A DNA stretch of 60,477 nt, filler included, from Sphacelaria rigidula (taxonomy: Eukaryota), in the NCBI GenBank assembly GCA_964200075.2. It is 8 parts of 8 records of this genome, joined end to end, with 100 filler letters (N's around TTAATTAATTAA, not from the genome) between each part and the next. Parts side by side here need not be neighbours in the genome. Positions count along the whole stretch, not along the records: positions 22,720 to 30,191 come from CAXNAA020014770.1; positions 30,292 to 37,763 come from CAXNAA020014771.1; positions 37,864 to 45,335 come from CAXNAA020014772.1; 5 more parts are not named here. One strand, given 5' to 3'. Position numbers and translations under genes: made by a program. Positions 25,801-38,684 of the stretch are shown piece by piece; position 1 is the stretch's first letter, and every line of letters starts with the position of its first letter. The notes beneath the pieces were generated by a model that saw only the letters and a program-made list of their open reading frames with translations, was not told where the DNA came from and searched no databases.

Positions 25801-28800
25801 CGAGATATTAAACTGTTGTGACGGATAGAATGATGATGATGATGATGATGATGATACGTAGCTGGCTGACGGTACCCCAAGGGCTTGCCGTCATATGCGT
25901 GCAGCAAGCATGTCTGCTCACATCGGCTGCTGGTGCCACCGATTTGAGCTCTGATCCTGGTAAGGCCGGGTCTTACCAGGTTCGAAATGAAAATACGAAG
26001 AGCAACGCAAGAGAGTCCAAGAGTAGCATGTTGGTTGGTGGTCGGCGCGACATCACGCGGCGGGGTGACCCCAATCAGCATGCTGCTTTTGGGACGCTTG
26101 TTTTGCCCTTCATCAGAGGTACGTTTACGCAAGTTGATCGCCAAATTCTGTAGTTGAAGCATGGTAGGTTCTCCCTGAATGCTAGCCCTAGCCTGAACCC
26201 TCGCCGTAGCCCTGATCATAACCCAACGCATACCGACAGCCCTCGGGAAAAAGGGTACAGAGGGTGCCCTAGGCAAAGTGTGCGCTGGTAGAGCTCATAT
26301 CGGCGCCTGGTCCCGGGCATTTTGAGCAAAGACGCGTACCGTGCGCACGCTGGCAAGCACCTGGGACTCTTGGCAGGGCCACCTTCCCTTGCCCGGCATG
26401 ACCGCACTACGGTAGTTTTGAGCTTAGATGGGGGATTTTTGTAATTTATTCGTAGTCGGCGATTTTCAAAAGTGTCTCCGCGTGCCACCGCTCATCCTAG
26501 TGAGCATTTGATCTCAATTTTTTGAGATCGGAGATATCAGGCATCCGCTCCATATTCCGGATAAAAATGATCTCTGGACTCGATATTGAACAACGTACGG
26601 GGTGACAGGTTTTTGAGGGTCCTGCGATTACCCAGCCCCAGGTTCTGACCCTTGGGGTATTTTTGCTTGATTGAAGCAATCTCTATCATTATCGCGATAA
26701 ATAAAAAGTTATGCTTTTTTATTTCTACCTGTTCGTTGCGCTAGAGCCGAATAAATGTGTTTTTGTTTACCAATGACGGTCGATAACACCCCCGATAAAC
26801 GAGCTGCTTACTCCGTATCAACCCGACAACGCCAATTGGAGATTGTGTTCTGAGCACGGCCTGCTTCCTTTGCCAATAAGTATTGACGCTAGGACTTTCC
26901 AGTGCTAAGGAAGAATAGTGCACGAGGAAATTCCGAAAAGTACCCGAAAACGAAAATTGCCCGACCGAGCTCTTCATAGCACAGGTGAGGGGAGACAATC
27001 CCGATCGCTATCGTGAATAATTTTCCAGACCCTTGTTTTTTATATTTACCTATTCATTGCGCTAGAGCCAAGAAGAATCGTGTTTTGGGCCAAAAATGGT
27101 CAAAAACACCCCCAGTCAATTCAGCCCGTAAATCGTTCAATTTTGAGCGCAGAGATGAATTTTGTTTCGGAATGTGGAGCGGATGTCTAATGTCACGATC
27201 CACAAATTGCGGGATCAAGCGTTCACCGGGATGAGTGGCGGCACGCGAAAAACCAATGAAAGTCGCCGAGTACGAAATATTACAAAAAGTCGCTATTTCA
27301 GCTACAACTACCATATGTCGGAACTCCGCACAATATTGTCGTCGTGAAACTGACATTAATATTAGCCAAGTGGATCGGATTTGCGACAAAAGTGATTTTT
27401 GACCGCGCTGCGGCGGAACCCCCAGTGTATTTGTCATCCAGTCGTCATCCAGAGATTCGAAATGACGTGAATTCCCCGAGCGTACGACGTACTGCAAGTC
27501 TGTATTCGAATCTTGTTCGGAATCCCGTTCATGTTCGTGTCACGGTTACAGCACTATAATTTTCTCTGGATTGCCACCATGTAGGCCACTATAACGGAGA
27601 ACCGCGGACAGCGGGTACATTCTACTTCACCCGGGAACGTGTGGTACCTCCCGTGGGCAGGGACTGGACGTGTCTGACGGGACTGTTATGCTGCGTTGTA
27701 AAAAAGAGTGACCGATGGGGGAGGGGGAAGGCGGAGTGCCCCCTGATCATTCGGAAGAAGCATGACAATCACCCGGACATGGATGAATAATGACAATGTT
27801 CAAGGCGGACAGTCGGACTTGAAAGTAGGCGTGCTGGACAAACAGAGGTGGTAGTCACGTACGAAGTTAAGAATAGAGGTGCTCCGTCTGTTGACCACGC
27901 CCCCCCCTCCCCCTACTAGGAAGTACTAGGAACGGTGCTCCGTCTCGAAAGGGATGCGTGGTCAATGGTCAAACGACTAAGGCAAGCAAAAAATGAGTAC
28001 GCCCCCACCCCGCCCCCCCCCCTCCACCCTTCTTCTCGGTTTATGCCGGTCTCCCCCGCCATGTACATGCCTATGCTCCCCTCACGTCCATCTGTAGCTT
28101 GCTCGAGCTCTGCGGTCGACCTCGCCGCGGGAGGTGTGCACCGCTGTCAATACCTTGACGCTGGAGACGTACGGCTCTAGCGACGAGCTGATCTTGGAAG
28201 AGGTGCCGGGGCTGTTCGACGCCGTTCTCGACCTCATGGACAAGCTTAATCCCGCGGTTTCCAGGGTAAATGTTTTGTTGGTTTATCCATTTGTTTTTTT
28301 TGTCTGTGTCGCCTGTGTTGCCTGCGCCGTCTGCGTTGTCTACGTCGTTTGCCTTGTCTGCGTCGTCTGTGTTGTCAGTGTGTGTCTTTCTCTTTCTCTC
28401 GAGTATGTGTGGGTCTGTCCTATCTCTATGTGTATATCGGCGCGTCTATGTTGTCAGTGTATCTCGTGTGTATGAACAGTGAATACATCAACGCTTCAAT
28501 TTAGTCCTCGTGACTGCGCGAAGTGTTCGGGATATCCCAGTGCAGTAGTATTCATTTCTACATCAACGTTTCCATCTCGCCCACATGAACTCACCTGAGA
28601 ATGACAACTATACTTTACGTTCGATGGATCAACATTAGACCGACACCCCCCGCGCCTAAAAGAGCCCATCCGTTGATATCCATCGGGGGCATCNNNNNNN
28701 NNNCCCCCCCCCCCTCCTCGATGCGAGGTCAATGGTCTTATGACTATGGCAGGCATGATCATGAGTACACCCCCCCCCCCCTCTCCTCTCAACTTCGCGC

Positions 28801-29319
28801 AAAGGGGACGATCGTACAACGTGGTGTTTAAATGGTGAGACACTCATGAGGCAGTGTAACCCGTGGCTGTCTCTGAAAGTGGCGATACCAGGAAATGAAG
28901 CAACTCATTGGAGGCTGTCATTCATATGCAAGATGATCAGTAGGCTTCGGGCCGAAAAATCTTTGCAGAGTGCAGCCCATCCTTCATGCGACTCGCCACT
29001 TTCAGAGACAGCCACGGGTTACACTGCCTCATGGCGGGCCTGGTCCGGCGGAAACCCGGCGTGCGCGGTCCCGTCTTGGTAAAGATGCGAAGTCAATGGT
29101 CTTGTAACTACGGCATGCAGAATCGAAAGTACACCCCCCCTGCTCCTCCTCCCCAAACCTGAAAACGTCAACCCGCAGGTGGCCGCGCTAGCCAACAAGC
29201 TTCGTGCGCAAAAGCTGAAGGGCGTAGAACCGACGCCCGCACTGCTGGACGCCGCCTGGGCCACAGCATCGACTATGGGAGGCATGTACGGGTGCTCAAG
29301 GTCGGGTTCGCCTCCTCAG
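22828..29319 (+). CDS. PolyQ-rich ARID1/Osa/LFR-like SWI/SNF (BAF250-C, ARM-like) subunit, partial
   Basis: Phase-0 exons 22828-22926 (probable GC donor), 23201-23272, ~24716-25210 (polyQ), 28098-28265 and 29179-29319. IPRAE|LARALRSTSPREVCTAVNTLTLETYGSSDELILEEVPGLFDAVLDLM resembles the ARID1/ARID2/LFR motif L..aL.S.l..E..wAlNtLtl.s...l.l..lPGLl.all. Confidence 0.6.
24716..25075 (+). repeat. Coding CAG/CAA repeats (polyglutamine)
   Basis: Direct reading; ORF 24680-25270. Confidence 0.9.
25228..25360 (-). mobile_element. 3' end of non-LTR retroelement (SINE/LINE) with (CAA)n tail; second copy at ~55505-55627 (+)
   Basis: GGTAG(C/T)TAGCCTGTGACCACGGAAGGCG.CCGCATCAGATGC...GCAGAT.CC.GAAC.G.TTTT...(CAA)n shared by both copies. 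Confidence 0.65.
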
Positions 29320-30191
29320 GTGACGCGATGTTTTGTCGCGGCTTAGGTTGAGTCGAGTCGAGTTGAGCTTAACTTGTTTTGCTTCCCATGTCCGGCAAAA
29401 CAAAAATAACGGCGCCTTTTTTCTCTGATATGCTCCATAAGCGTACTCAGCACGGGCAGCCAACAACACCCGCCATCCGAACCCCTACAATCCGCACGAC
29501 TGTCCTGTGGTTTTTTGTGGTTGCGATGATGGTGGTCGAGTTAGATCATTTTGTGCGAGGTGAGAGAAACTGAACTCCGCGGAAAGGCGATGATCGTAAC
29601 ACGCAGATTTTGAATGGTGCATCACCCATGAGGCAGTGTGTAAACCGTAGCTGTCTCTGGAAGGGGCGACACCAGAAAATGGAGCAACTCATCCGAGGCT
29701 GCCATGCATATGCAAGATAACTAGTGCGCTTCGGGCCGAACAATCTCAGCAGGATGCAGCTCACCCTACATGCGACTCGCCAAACACACCACGGCGCTTC
29801 ACGCTTGGTGATTACCGGCGAAAGCCCGGCGTGCTCCGTCCCGGCTTTATAGCATAGGGACGGACACCCCATGGGGTTGGCGTCGGTTGACGATTACGCT
29901 GTAAAACACGCCACTCACCGCGTAAGCTAGGCAACCGGGTTGCCGTTTCTTTTTGCGCGCTTGCGTTTTTTTTGCGGTCACCATAGTGATAGTCGAGCTA
30001 GATCATGTCGTGCGGCGTGGGAGAACCTCAACTCCACACAATGGGAATGATCGTACTACATAGTGTTCAAATGGTGAGACACCCATGAGGCAGTGTATGA
30101 GCCATGGCTGCCTCTGGAAGTGGCGATACCAGAAAATAGAGCAACTCATTCGAGGCTGTCATCCATATGCAAGATAACCAGTAGGCTTCGG
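28720..30191 (+). repeat. Cluster of GAGTAC-poly(C) family copies in introns of the ARID1/LFR-like gene
   Basis: Tail module 28720-28782, copy 28785-29155, tandem copies 29510-29860 and 29965-30191 (cut by the fragment end). Confidence 0.85.
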
Positions 30192-30291
30192 NNNNNNNNN
30201 NNNNNNNNNNNNNNNNNNNNNNNNNNNNNNNNNNNTTAATTAATTAANNNNNNNNNNNNNNNNNNNNNNNNNNNNNNNNNNNNNNNNNNNN
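30192..30291. other. Artificial contig spacer
   Basis: N44-TTAATTAATTAA-N44. Confidence 0.97.
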
Positions 30292-31116
30292 GGATTTCTC
30301 TGCCGTGTCTGTTTGAACCAGCCTGAAACTTGGCACAGAGGTAGACCACAACACAGACAGCATAGTCCCGGAGCGGCGGCACGTTTGACGTGGTGCGCTA
30401 GTTAAACGAAGCAAAATACGGATTTTGGGCAATGCCATCGATACGCCCTCAAAACGCAGTCCCCTCGGCCTAGACTGCGTCAGACGTCATTGGATGCGTA
30501 TGTTGACACGCAGATACGCTCACTTCCTGCTGGGTGGCTACTGCCCCGGCAAACGAACACATCAATCCGTATTGCCCACCTCTGGACGATGTCATTCTAC
30601 GCGGTACCTATCTTGGTATTGCCTGTAGAGGTGCTCACTTCAGGAGACACGGCCGTGCAAGCGTTGTTAGTACTTTTACTTGCTGAAACTTCGACCGCAT
30701 GTCATGTAGTCTACAGACAACAACCCCATCTTGCTGAATCTGGGGTTGCGCGGTGTGTGCGTGCGTATTGGGGCGAAAAGATGTCGGATTCTGTTCCGAA
30801 TTTGTTTTTGTTTTTTTGGCGTAAGACTGACTATAACAGACTTGTACTTCGAAGTGAGTGTTTGCAATATCTTCATCTTCCCTGTTCCATTTTCAAATAC
30901 TTAGCTTCTCCTACGCCTGATGGATCATGCACAAACAGTAAACTATGACACGTGAATGGAAGCAAGCACGCAGCACGACCCGCCTATATGCAATCTCGCT
31001 TTGCGTCCCTCGAAACCGGCAACAGTAGTGCTCGGCATGTTCTGCAACTTGTAGAACGCAGTACCGTAGGGTACAGCCAGTACATTACAACAGTGCAGTA
31101 CAGCACGGCACTGTAC

Positions 31117-31268
31117 CTTGTGCTGGCCAGGAGTACTGTGAGCTCGTGTATGCAAATACCCTGCAGCGCCAAAGCGAGGGCAAGAAAGGATAGCTCATGA
31201 TAAAGTATGGCCCACAGAGCCAACGGAATGGCCACTCCCGCGGTTAGAAACCTCTCCCGGAGCCCCAT
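31117..31268 (-). CDS. First exon of a probable phosphatidate cytidylyltransferase (CdsA-like membrane protein)
   Basis: MGLRERFLTAGVAIPLALWAILYHELSFLALALALQGICIHELTVLL resembles the CdsA N-terminus (L..R.lta.v.ip...TM helices...E); donor AG|GTACAG at 31116. Confidence 0.55.
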
Positions 31269-31435
31269 CTTGCACACATAGGCGACTGGCGTTGTCAAAA
31301 GTTAGCGTGATATGACCAACGGGGTTGCTGCCTATCATACAATCTAATGTGATGGGAAAATCTCGTTGATGGCAAAATTGTTGCACGGCGCCTGCACGGC
31401 ACAGCAGTTGTTTTGGTAGCTTGCCCCACACTACC

Positions 31436-34400
31436 ATGAAAATTCTGACGAAAGCTTCCTCGATGTACTTCCCTTATTTTCTCCTCATGTGCTCCCTCGT
31501 GGGCTTAGTCAACGTCGGGGCTTTCGTCGCCTTGCACGCTCCTAGTCGCTGCTGCGCGCTATCCAAAACGTCAACATGCGGCGCAACCTCGACGGCAGCA
31601 TTGCGTGCTGGCAGGTGAGAATTGGCGTATGTTAGCGTGGGAGGCAGGCATAGAGATGTCTTGAGTGATTGTGTGTTGGTATCGCAGGAAACTTAAGAAC
31701 AGCGTAGGGTTTTTGGAGAGAGCTGAGCCATTTCACGCCGTTCGTCCCCGTCTTGATTGGCGTGAAGCTTTGAGGATCTCAACTCAGAGTGTGTTGTTGC
31801 TAACATTTTCGACCTGCTCATGTTCATGAAGATGCTGACTGTACTATGTCGCCAGTGATCGCTGACTGTATGACATGGTCGCCATGGGATGCAGAACACA
31901 CCCAGTATAGTAGCTGTTACATGCATGGTTTTGTTTCACCGGTCTATGGAGCAGTGCAGATGCTTACGCGTTAGACAGGTAGAAAATCTGATGCTGAGGA
32001 CACTGCGAGCGCAGAGCACAGGCCACAAATCCATGTGTGACAAAGACAAGAAGCCACGGCATTCATGTTTGGACGGCTTGGACAGGCTGGATGATGTAGT
32101 ATAACACCCTCGTTCGGCGCCGTCTGTTAACATCGAGACAAAAGACAGCTTCGGTGGTGGGAAGTTGCGTCGTCGTAAATATTTCGCAGGCATCTGTTGA
32201 TTAATGACGGTTACTACATGACTGAGGAACATTGCTCTTCGAAGAAAATGTAGCGTTCACAAACTTTTGTCATGGCCACCCGCCATCGCCATGTACAACT
32301 GGATACCGGTATCCTTGTGGGGCGGATCCTCGACTCTTACTGTGTAATGTATACAGTAGCACACCTGGATTATTGTACTACTTGTACCTATGCCGCATAT
32401 GCGTAGCTGTTGCAACAGACAAGCTGATCCAGCGAGTCTACCGCACGTTGTGAGTTTCCAATTGGCACCCACTGTTATAAATATTCAGCTATTGAAAACG
32501 CTCCCGTGGAAGGCCGAACGCTGTCAAGAAGTAACCAAGGGCCATGCTCTGAAACAGGTGCTGTACTAGTACACTGTGCGGTACAGTACAGCTCGCCTGT
32601 TCACTCTCCATACCTTGGATGTCATGGATAATGTGCACTTCACACGATGCAGACGGTGCTGAGCATACTGCAGTTACTCGCTGTTGGACGCCGCTTCGTG
32701 TTTTTCAGAACATGAAAACCGCTTGCAGAGACAGAGTGTCGCCCCCGGTATGGCCACTAACTGCCGTGGAGTCGCTTGCGCACTGACATTTCCAGTGCAC
32801 GACGAAGATTGTTTCCTGTCTGTACATGCCAATGCGTATACCTCCCATGCGTACGGTATGTATCCGTTGCACACAGAGCGACCTTTACACGATATCAAAG
32901 CCGTTCATATGCGCCGGTCCGCGCTCCACAGGACAGAGACGAATATGAGCGCAACAAGCGGGCACGGTGAGGAGCAGGTGTCTCGGGGCGCTTGGGCGAG
33001 TCGGGTACTTGGGGCAGCGTTGACCGGTGCTGCCGCATTGTCACAGGTACAGAGTACGAAAGTGCCGTGGTATGCCTTACATATACCACCAGTGGTGCTT
33101 CGCGTCGGTTTTTGGGGTGTACGACACTGAAACGTAACTGGTGAGTTAATGTGCGATAAATCAACAGTCCTGCGCCGAATATTCATATATATATATATAT
33201 CAGAATTCCTGGACTAAAATTGTGAATGCCCACACATGGCCCGCATACAAAAGTCATTGCACTTTTGAACAAAATATTTGTTTGTTAATTTCTCGACCGT
33301 GGCTGAACTCACACCCGTGAAGCTTGGTGCACTGTATGGGGCACAACACAGGTAGTATGTGCACCGGAGAACAGGATCCTCCCGGCCAGCGAGCAAATCA
33401 AACAACCGATCTTGGGCACTACGATACCCCCTCAAAACGGTTATCTCGTAGCCCAGATTCTGTTTACTGTGAACGGATGCATATGTGGACATGGTAGTGC
33501 GCTCACTTCCACACCACGAACACCTGGGAGGGTGCAGGGCTGGCAGGTACTGGCACACCATCTGGATAATGGCAGTCAGTAGAACAGTCGTTCTGGTGTC
33601 GCCTGTGGAGATGTTCAGCGAGGGAGGAATGGTCGTACGGCGCTGTCGTCGCTGAAAGGCGCTGAACTTGGGTCACATGTCCTGTAAACCACAATCAACA
33701 AGCCCATGTGTCCGTTTCTGGAGTTGGGCGTTGTAACAGTGCGCGAGGGCAGGGGTACATCAATTTTATTTTTCAAGGAACATAACCCCCAAACGTTGAA
33801 TTAAAATCGAGAAAAAGAGGGTTCGGGGGGGTTGGGTGCCGGGCGGCATGTCTGTGCTAGTTACTTGAATTTAGTGTGGTTGTAGACTACTACTTGACTT
33901 TGGCGTAGTTGTACTCTACTTCATCTTCGTGTGGCTATCAACTACTTCAATTTAGTGTAGTAGACTTCCTGATATTCGTGTACATTGTGATTAACATTTG
34001 ATTATTGTACATTGGAGTAAGGTCAAACAACATAAGCTCAGCTTATTTACGAATGGGCAGTGCACAACAATGTTTGGATATTGCTCGCGGAGAGCCTTTC
34101 TGCTTGCCAATGGGCGTCTCCCTACGACTTATACAATTATGCAGCAGTTTACACCAAGGCTCGCAAGCTCCATACCATTGTCGACTGCGATTAATATTCG
34201 AAAGTGACCGCGAGTCAGACAAACCGCAACCTTCACGGCAATCAGCGCAAGAAGAATGTCACGCAAATGTCGCGAATGTAAATGCCACCATAGATTGACA
34301 GGTAGAGTGACGTCAGATGGCCGTCCAGGACCGGTTGTTCTGGCCGGGGTCACACAGATAGAGTCAGAACCGTTCCTGGAATTCCTCGGAGGAATACCCC

Positions 34401-36194
34401 GGAAGGAACATTCCTCGGATGAACGCCGGGCATCTTTGCTATGCAAATTCAGCCCAGCTGGCTCGCCCACACACGACACAACCCGGTGTGTACTCCGCAC
34501 CAAACCACTAAAGAAGAGACCAACGCCTTGTAGAACCTACGAAGGGGCTTATCCCTTCCATACGAAACATGTTTGCTGCTTGCGCCTTCAAACATGAATA
34601 AGATTGCAAGACGGGTTGCAACTAAGTGGCACAAATCCCCAGCAAAAAAAATCGACTGCGTTCGTTCATCGAGAGTGACCCGGGTCAGCGGGATATCTCC
34701 CCCCCCCGCGCCCACCTCCGTTGTCTTCCCGAATGTTTTTCATCGCGCACATACACTGTGCATCTCGCCTTCCAGCGCACGAACTTGTTTGGCACCTCAA
34801 GATCTCGACTCGAAACCAACACGGCATAAAGCGGCAACGAACGAAATAAAAATAAAAATACATGTTTTTGTTGAAAAACTCGGACCCCAAAAGGGGGTAC
34901 GTAAGGGGATGGAGTTGGTAATTTCCAATCCTGATGTACCCCTGGCGAGGGGATGAAACAAGCTCAGATTGTGTTCCGTTTTTGTTTTTTAGCGCAGGAC
35001 TGTGAATCGCTGTCTGTGCCAACCAACCGAAGAAATCACATAGGGCGGGCAGATTACACTCCTTGGTTTTCAAACACGATGTGTCAGCACTGGCACTCAG
35101 TTGCATGCGTCTTGTATGTATATGCATATATATATATACTCCAAATTTACTCGGTATCACTATTTCACTCTGCGCTTCATGCCTTCCTTTCCCTCAGCTC
35201 GTGCCTCATGAACAAAACCCCGATGGACCAAGTGTGGTAACATAGCCAGATAGGGCGGGAGAGTGCAGGTCTGAACCTCGACGTATGCGGCGGTTCATTT
35301 CAGCAGAATCTGGTTTCCGTCGCTGAGTGCGTGAAGACCCGAGAGGGATTCTACGGTAGGAGTGCACTTTTTAGTCCAATTTTTTTTCTGAGGCCGCACA
35401 CCAAGGCCCGCGTGTTTGTCATCCACAGGTTCCGACAGTGCAGAGCCTCCAGAACAAAAAAAATGTGCACCCCTATCGTAGAACCACTCCCGAGTAGCCA
35501 AAGAAGATCCGACGGAAGTGCGCGGGGTGCGGAATTAGTCATCATCCAATCCTCGATCGCGAATGTGAGGCAGGTAACGGAGGCTAAGATGGGTTGATGC
35601 CCTTGAGATTACGGACTCGTCCCCAGGAATGGAGGGGTCGAAGAGTATGATGAAACAACAGGGCGGAGGGGGGGGGGGGATGAATCTACTGGCAGGCTCA
35701 GCGTCGTGGAGCGAAAAAGGTCTTGTGAATCTGGGCCATCGCTAGGTATGGGAGCAGACACACGCGCAAGCAGCGAGAAACCTCACTTGATTCCAACCAC
35801 GTGGCTGCGCGTCGAAACATGCTCTGGATCGGAGAATGCCGGCTGCTTCACATCACGCACGTCACAGGAGATTCCCATCGGTTTTTCGATCCGAAACGCG
35901 AACAAGCCTCATTATTCAGAAATCATGCCACTTATCGACTTCCACTTTCACTCGGATTTTGGTCTCTTGCGCGTTCCAATAAATTATAAACAAACGAAGG
36001 TGGCAGCTCCCCCCGCGTTGGCTGATCTTGGTGTGGGAGAGGGGGGACTTCCGGACGGAGCGAAGCAGTTCTCCAACCTTTTGAAGGTTCAGAAAGACTG
36101 GGTTGCTCTGGGCCAGACGGTGCGCCAGAAACGAGACGATCTCTCGGCGGAGGAGTGGAAGAACATCGCGCTGTTTTTGCGTAAAGTGTATCAG
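31436..36194 (+). CDS. Plastid thylakoid-lumen protein, possibly PsbQ-like four-helix protein, 3'-partial
   Basis: Exons 31436 (or ATG 31463)-31614 (signal peptide ending VGA|FVA, ASAFAP-like, then a Ser/Thr/Ala transit peptide), 32932-33046 (VSRGAWASRVLGAALTGAAALSQ), 36000-36194 (VAAPPALA|DLGVGEGGLPDGAKQFSNLLKVQKDW...EEWKNIALFLRKVYQ). Intron phases 2 and 0 are consistent. Confidence 0.65.
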
Positions 36195-36324
36195 GTAGGT
36201 GTGCTGTTGTTTTGTGACTAGGGAAGTTGTTGTTTTAGAGAGAAAACATCTGCCGCGCGTGGATTATTTTGTTTTTATTTTCTTGCCGTTCGGTTCACCT
36301 ACGTACGTACGAGGATGTAATCAC

Positions 36325-36620
36325 GAATCCATAGCTGTCTCTGAAAGTGATAATACCAGAAAGTGAAGCAACTCATTGGAGGCTGTCACCCAAATGCAAG
36401 ATAATCGGTACGCTTCGGGCCGAATAATCGTAGCAGGATGCAGCTCACCCTTCATGCGACTCGCTGAACACATCACGGCGCTTTGCGTTTGGTGATTTAT
36501 CGTGAGCCTGGTCCGGTGAAAACCCGGCGTGCTCCGTCCCGGCTTTGCAGGGATGCGAGGTCAATTGTCCCATGACTACGGCATGCAGGATCATGAGTAC
36601 CCCCCCCCACCCCCTTCCCC
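36325..36620 (+). repeat. Copy of GAGTAC-poly(C) repeat family
   Basis: GCTGTCTCTGAAAGTG...ATGACTACGGCATGCAGGATCATGAGTACCCCCCCCC. Confidence 0.85.
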
Positions 36621-37763
36621 CTGTCGTAGGATCACTCGCCACCTGTGCAAGCACAGAACTGCTACCTACTATGAAGCTGCGGCAGGGTTGTTCCGTGTTG
36701 TGGTCGGTGACGACTACCGGCTGCGTCTATCCGTCTTCTTCCAGTCTTGTGAAAATGTGTCGGTTATTGTCTACGTTTTTGCGCGGGCTGCATGCATGCA
36801 AATACCCTTTGATGGGTTTTTCGGGGCGAGTCGTACTCATTTTTTGCTCACCGTGATCATCTGACTATTGACCACGCACCCCTTCTCGAAACGGAGAACC
36901 GTTCCCAGTCTCAATAGAGACACCTCCAACCCTCGGGCGCTCATTGCGTTTTTCCCACACAGAGACGTTTTTTTTCACATATATTATCCCCCTCCTATTT
37001 AACATTTTGTGGCCACCATTCATCTCCTCGTATGGTGGTTGTGTTTCCGCTGCTGTGTCATGCACCAAACGATTTCATGCCACGTTCATTTACTGCCCAC
37101 ATTTCCCCCTCTGTTTTTTTCGGGGGAGAAGGGGGGGGGGGGTAGGCATTTTTTGTTCGGGTGTTATACCAAAGTAGCTACTGTAGGTCAACCGAAAGGA
37201 GACCCGGATCAGGTAGCCAATCTGCTCTCAACTGCAAGTCAAGACGCAGTGAACACTACGTTCATGTAGCACTATTATGGCACGCCCTGAGGCCCGAGAA
37301 AGTTGGCCACCATGGTATGAGCTGGGGGCGGTATTTTTTCTCGACATAAAATATTCTATTTAGGCACCATCTAGTGATTTTCCCATGATAGGAGGCCACA
37401 ACACATCCACCAACGACCAGCCCTCGATTCGCCGTTGGTGATTCATTGCGAGAGTTCCGGGCCGGAAATAGTGAAGAGATTTCCGAAGACGAGCAGTCTA
37501 GCTACGCACAGCACGGCGTTTCTATTTTCTACAGTACGTAGTGCTGGACTGTATTTGTATTGTTTCGCATCCTTCGTTTAGCGCCGCGGGTATTCGGTGC
37601 ACTTTCCTCACTTTATATCGACGGGTCGAGAAGCGTACAGAAATTTCCTCTTGTACTGCATTCCAGAAGAATCCCCCTCCCCCCCCCCACACCCTTCCTC
37701 CCCCCTTCTATCCTTCTCTCGTCCCTGTGTAAACACACCGCGCCAGATACAAATTTGTTCCCC

Positions 37764-37863
37764 NNNNNNNNNNNNNNNNNNNNNNNNNNNNNNNNNNNNN
37801 NNNNNNNTTAATTAATTAANNNNNNNNNNNNNNNNNNNNNNNNNNNNNNNNNNNNNNNNNNNN
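37764..37863. other. Artificial contig spacer
   Basis: N44-TTAATTAATTAA-N44. Confidence 0.97.
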
Positions 37864-37923
37864 AATTCGGACAATCTTCGACAAACTACGAAATTACGGA
37901 TTCTGCATACTTCTGACGCTGAC

Positions 37924-38684
37924 TACTGTACTACGAGCTGGGCCAGCTGTTTTTATTATTTCAATGAAAGTATCATAGAAACAGTATGAAGCTTGTATTT
38001 TTATTTTTATTTACACATAATTCTCAAGTAAATTAGAATTTTAACCATAGTTTTTATAATAAAGTTTTTTTTTTAAGTTTAAAGAGCTGACAGTGACTTT
38101 TGAACGAAGAGTGGAGATGTCATTGGTAATTCGAAGAGTTGAGCGCTGAAATTATGACGGATGTTTATCATCAACCCGCGCAACCCTATTGGGGGTGCAG
38201 AGAGGGGGGAAAAAAAAGGGAAGTTAGAGCGACTTGAAGTTTCAGCAAAAACAGGGAAAATACTACGACTTCCTTAAAAACTGATAGAAACGACGACAAC
38301 GCTCCAACACGTACGGCCGCTCGCGTCAACGACATCCTGGTGAACTTTCGGCCAAACATACCTCAAATTGGGCTTTGCGTCGCACTTTTCGTGTGACACG
38401 ACTGCGCCCGTTTAATTCGAGTGATAAGGGGAGACTCCAATTATGGAGGTTATGAGTTCGAATCCCGACAGATTCTCTTTTTTTTCGTCCGTCGTCAAGG
38501 TCATATATTATGCAGTACACTTTTTTCATTTTTTTTCTTTATTTAGCGGCGGTGCCGTGTGTTACGAGGTTGATCGGCGCTTCTCAGCGATATGCTCAAG
38601 TCGTGCTGATTTGAAAAACTTGAAAAATTGTGGTGTGGAAAGCGAATGCGCGATTTACTGCTGGCCCAGCTCGTACACACAGTG
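37924..38684. mobile_element. Non-autonomous TIR element (possibly CACTA-like)
   Basis: Perfect 16-bp inverted repeat TACGAGCTGGGCCAGC (37932-37947) / GCTGGCCCAGCTCGTA (38660-38675); same end motif at ~8849-8865 (reads CACTACGAGCTGGGCC on minus), ~53581 and ~57906-57955. Confidence 0.55.

Noticed and set aside
28720..30191. CRISPR-like or functional array
   Set aside because: Units are ~400-bp diverged copies of a dispersed repeat, with no short repeat/unique spacer pattern.
38440..38480. tRNA gene suggested by GTTCGAATCCC
   Set aside because: Isolated B-box-like motif within a repeat; no cloverleaf could be built.
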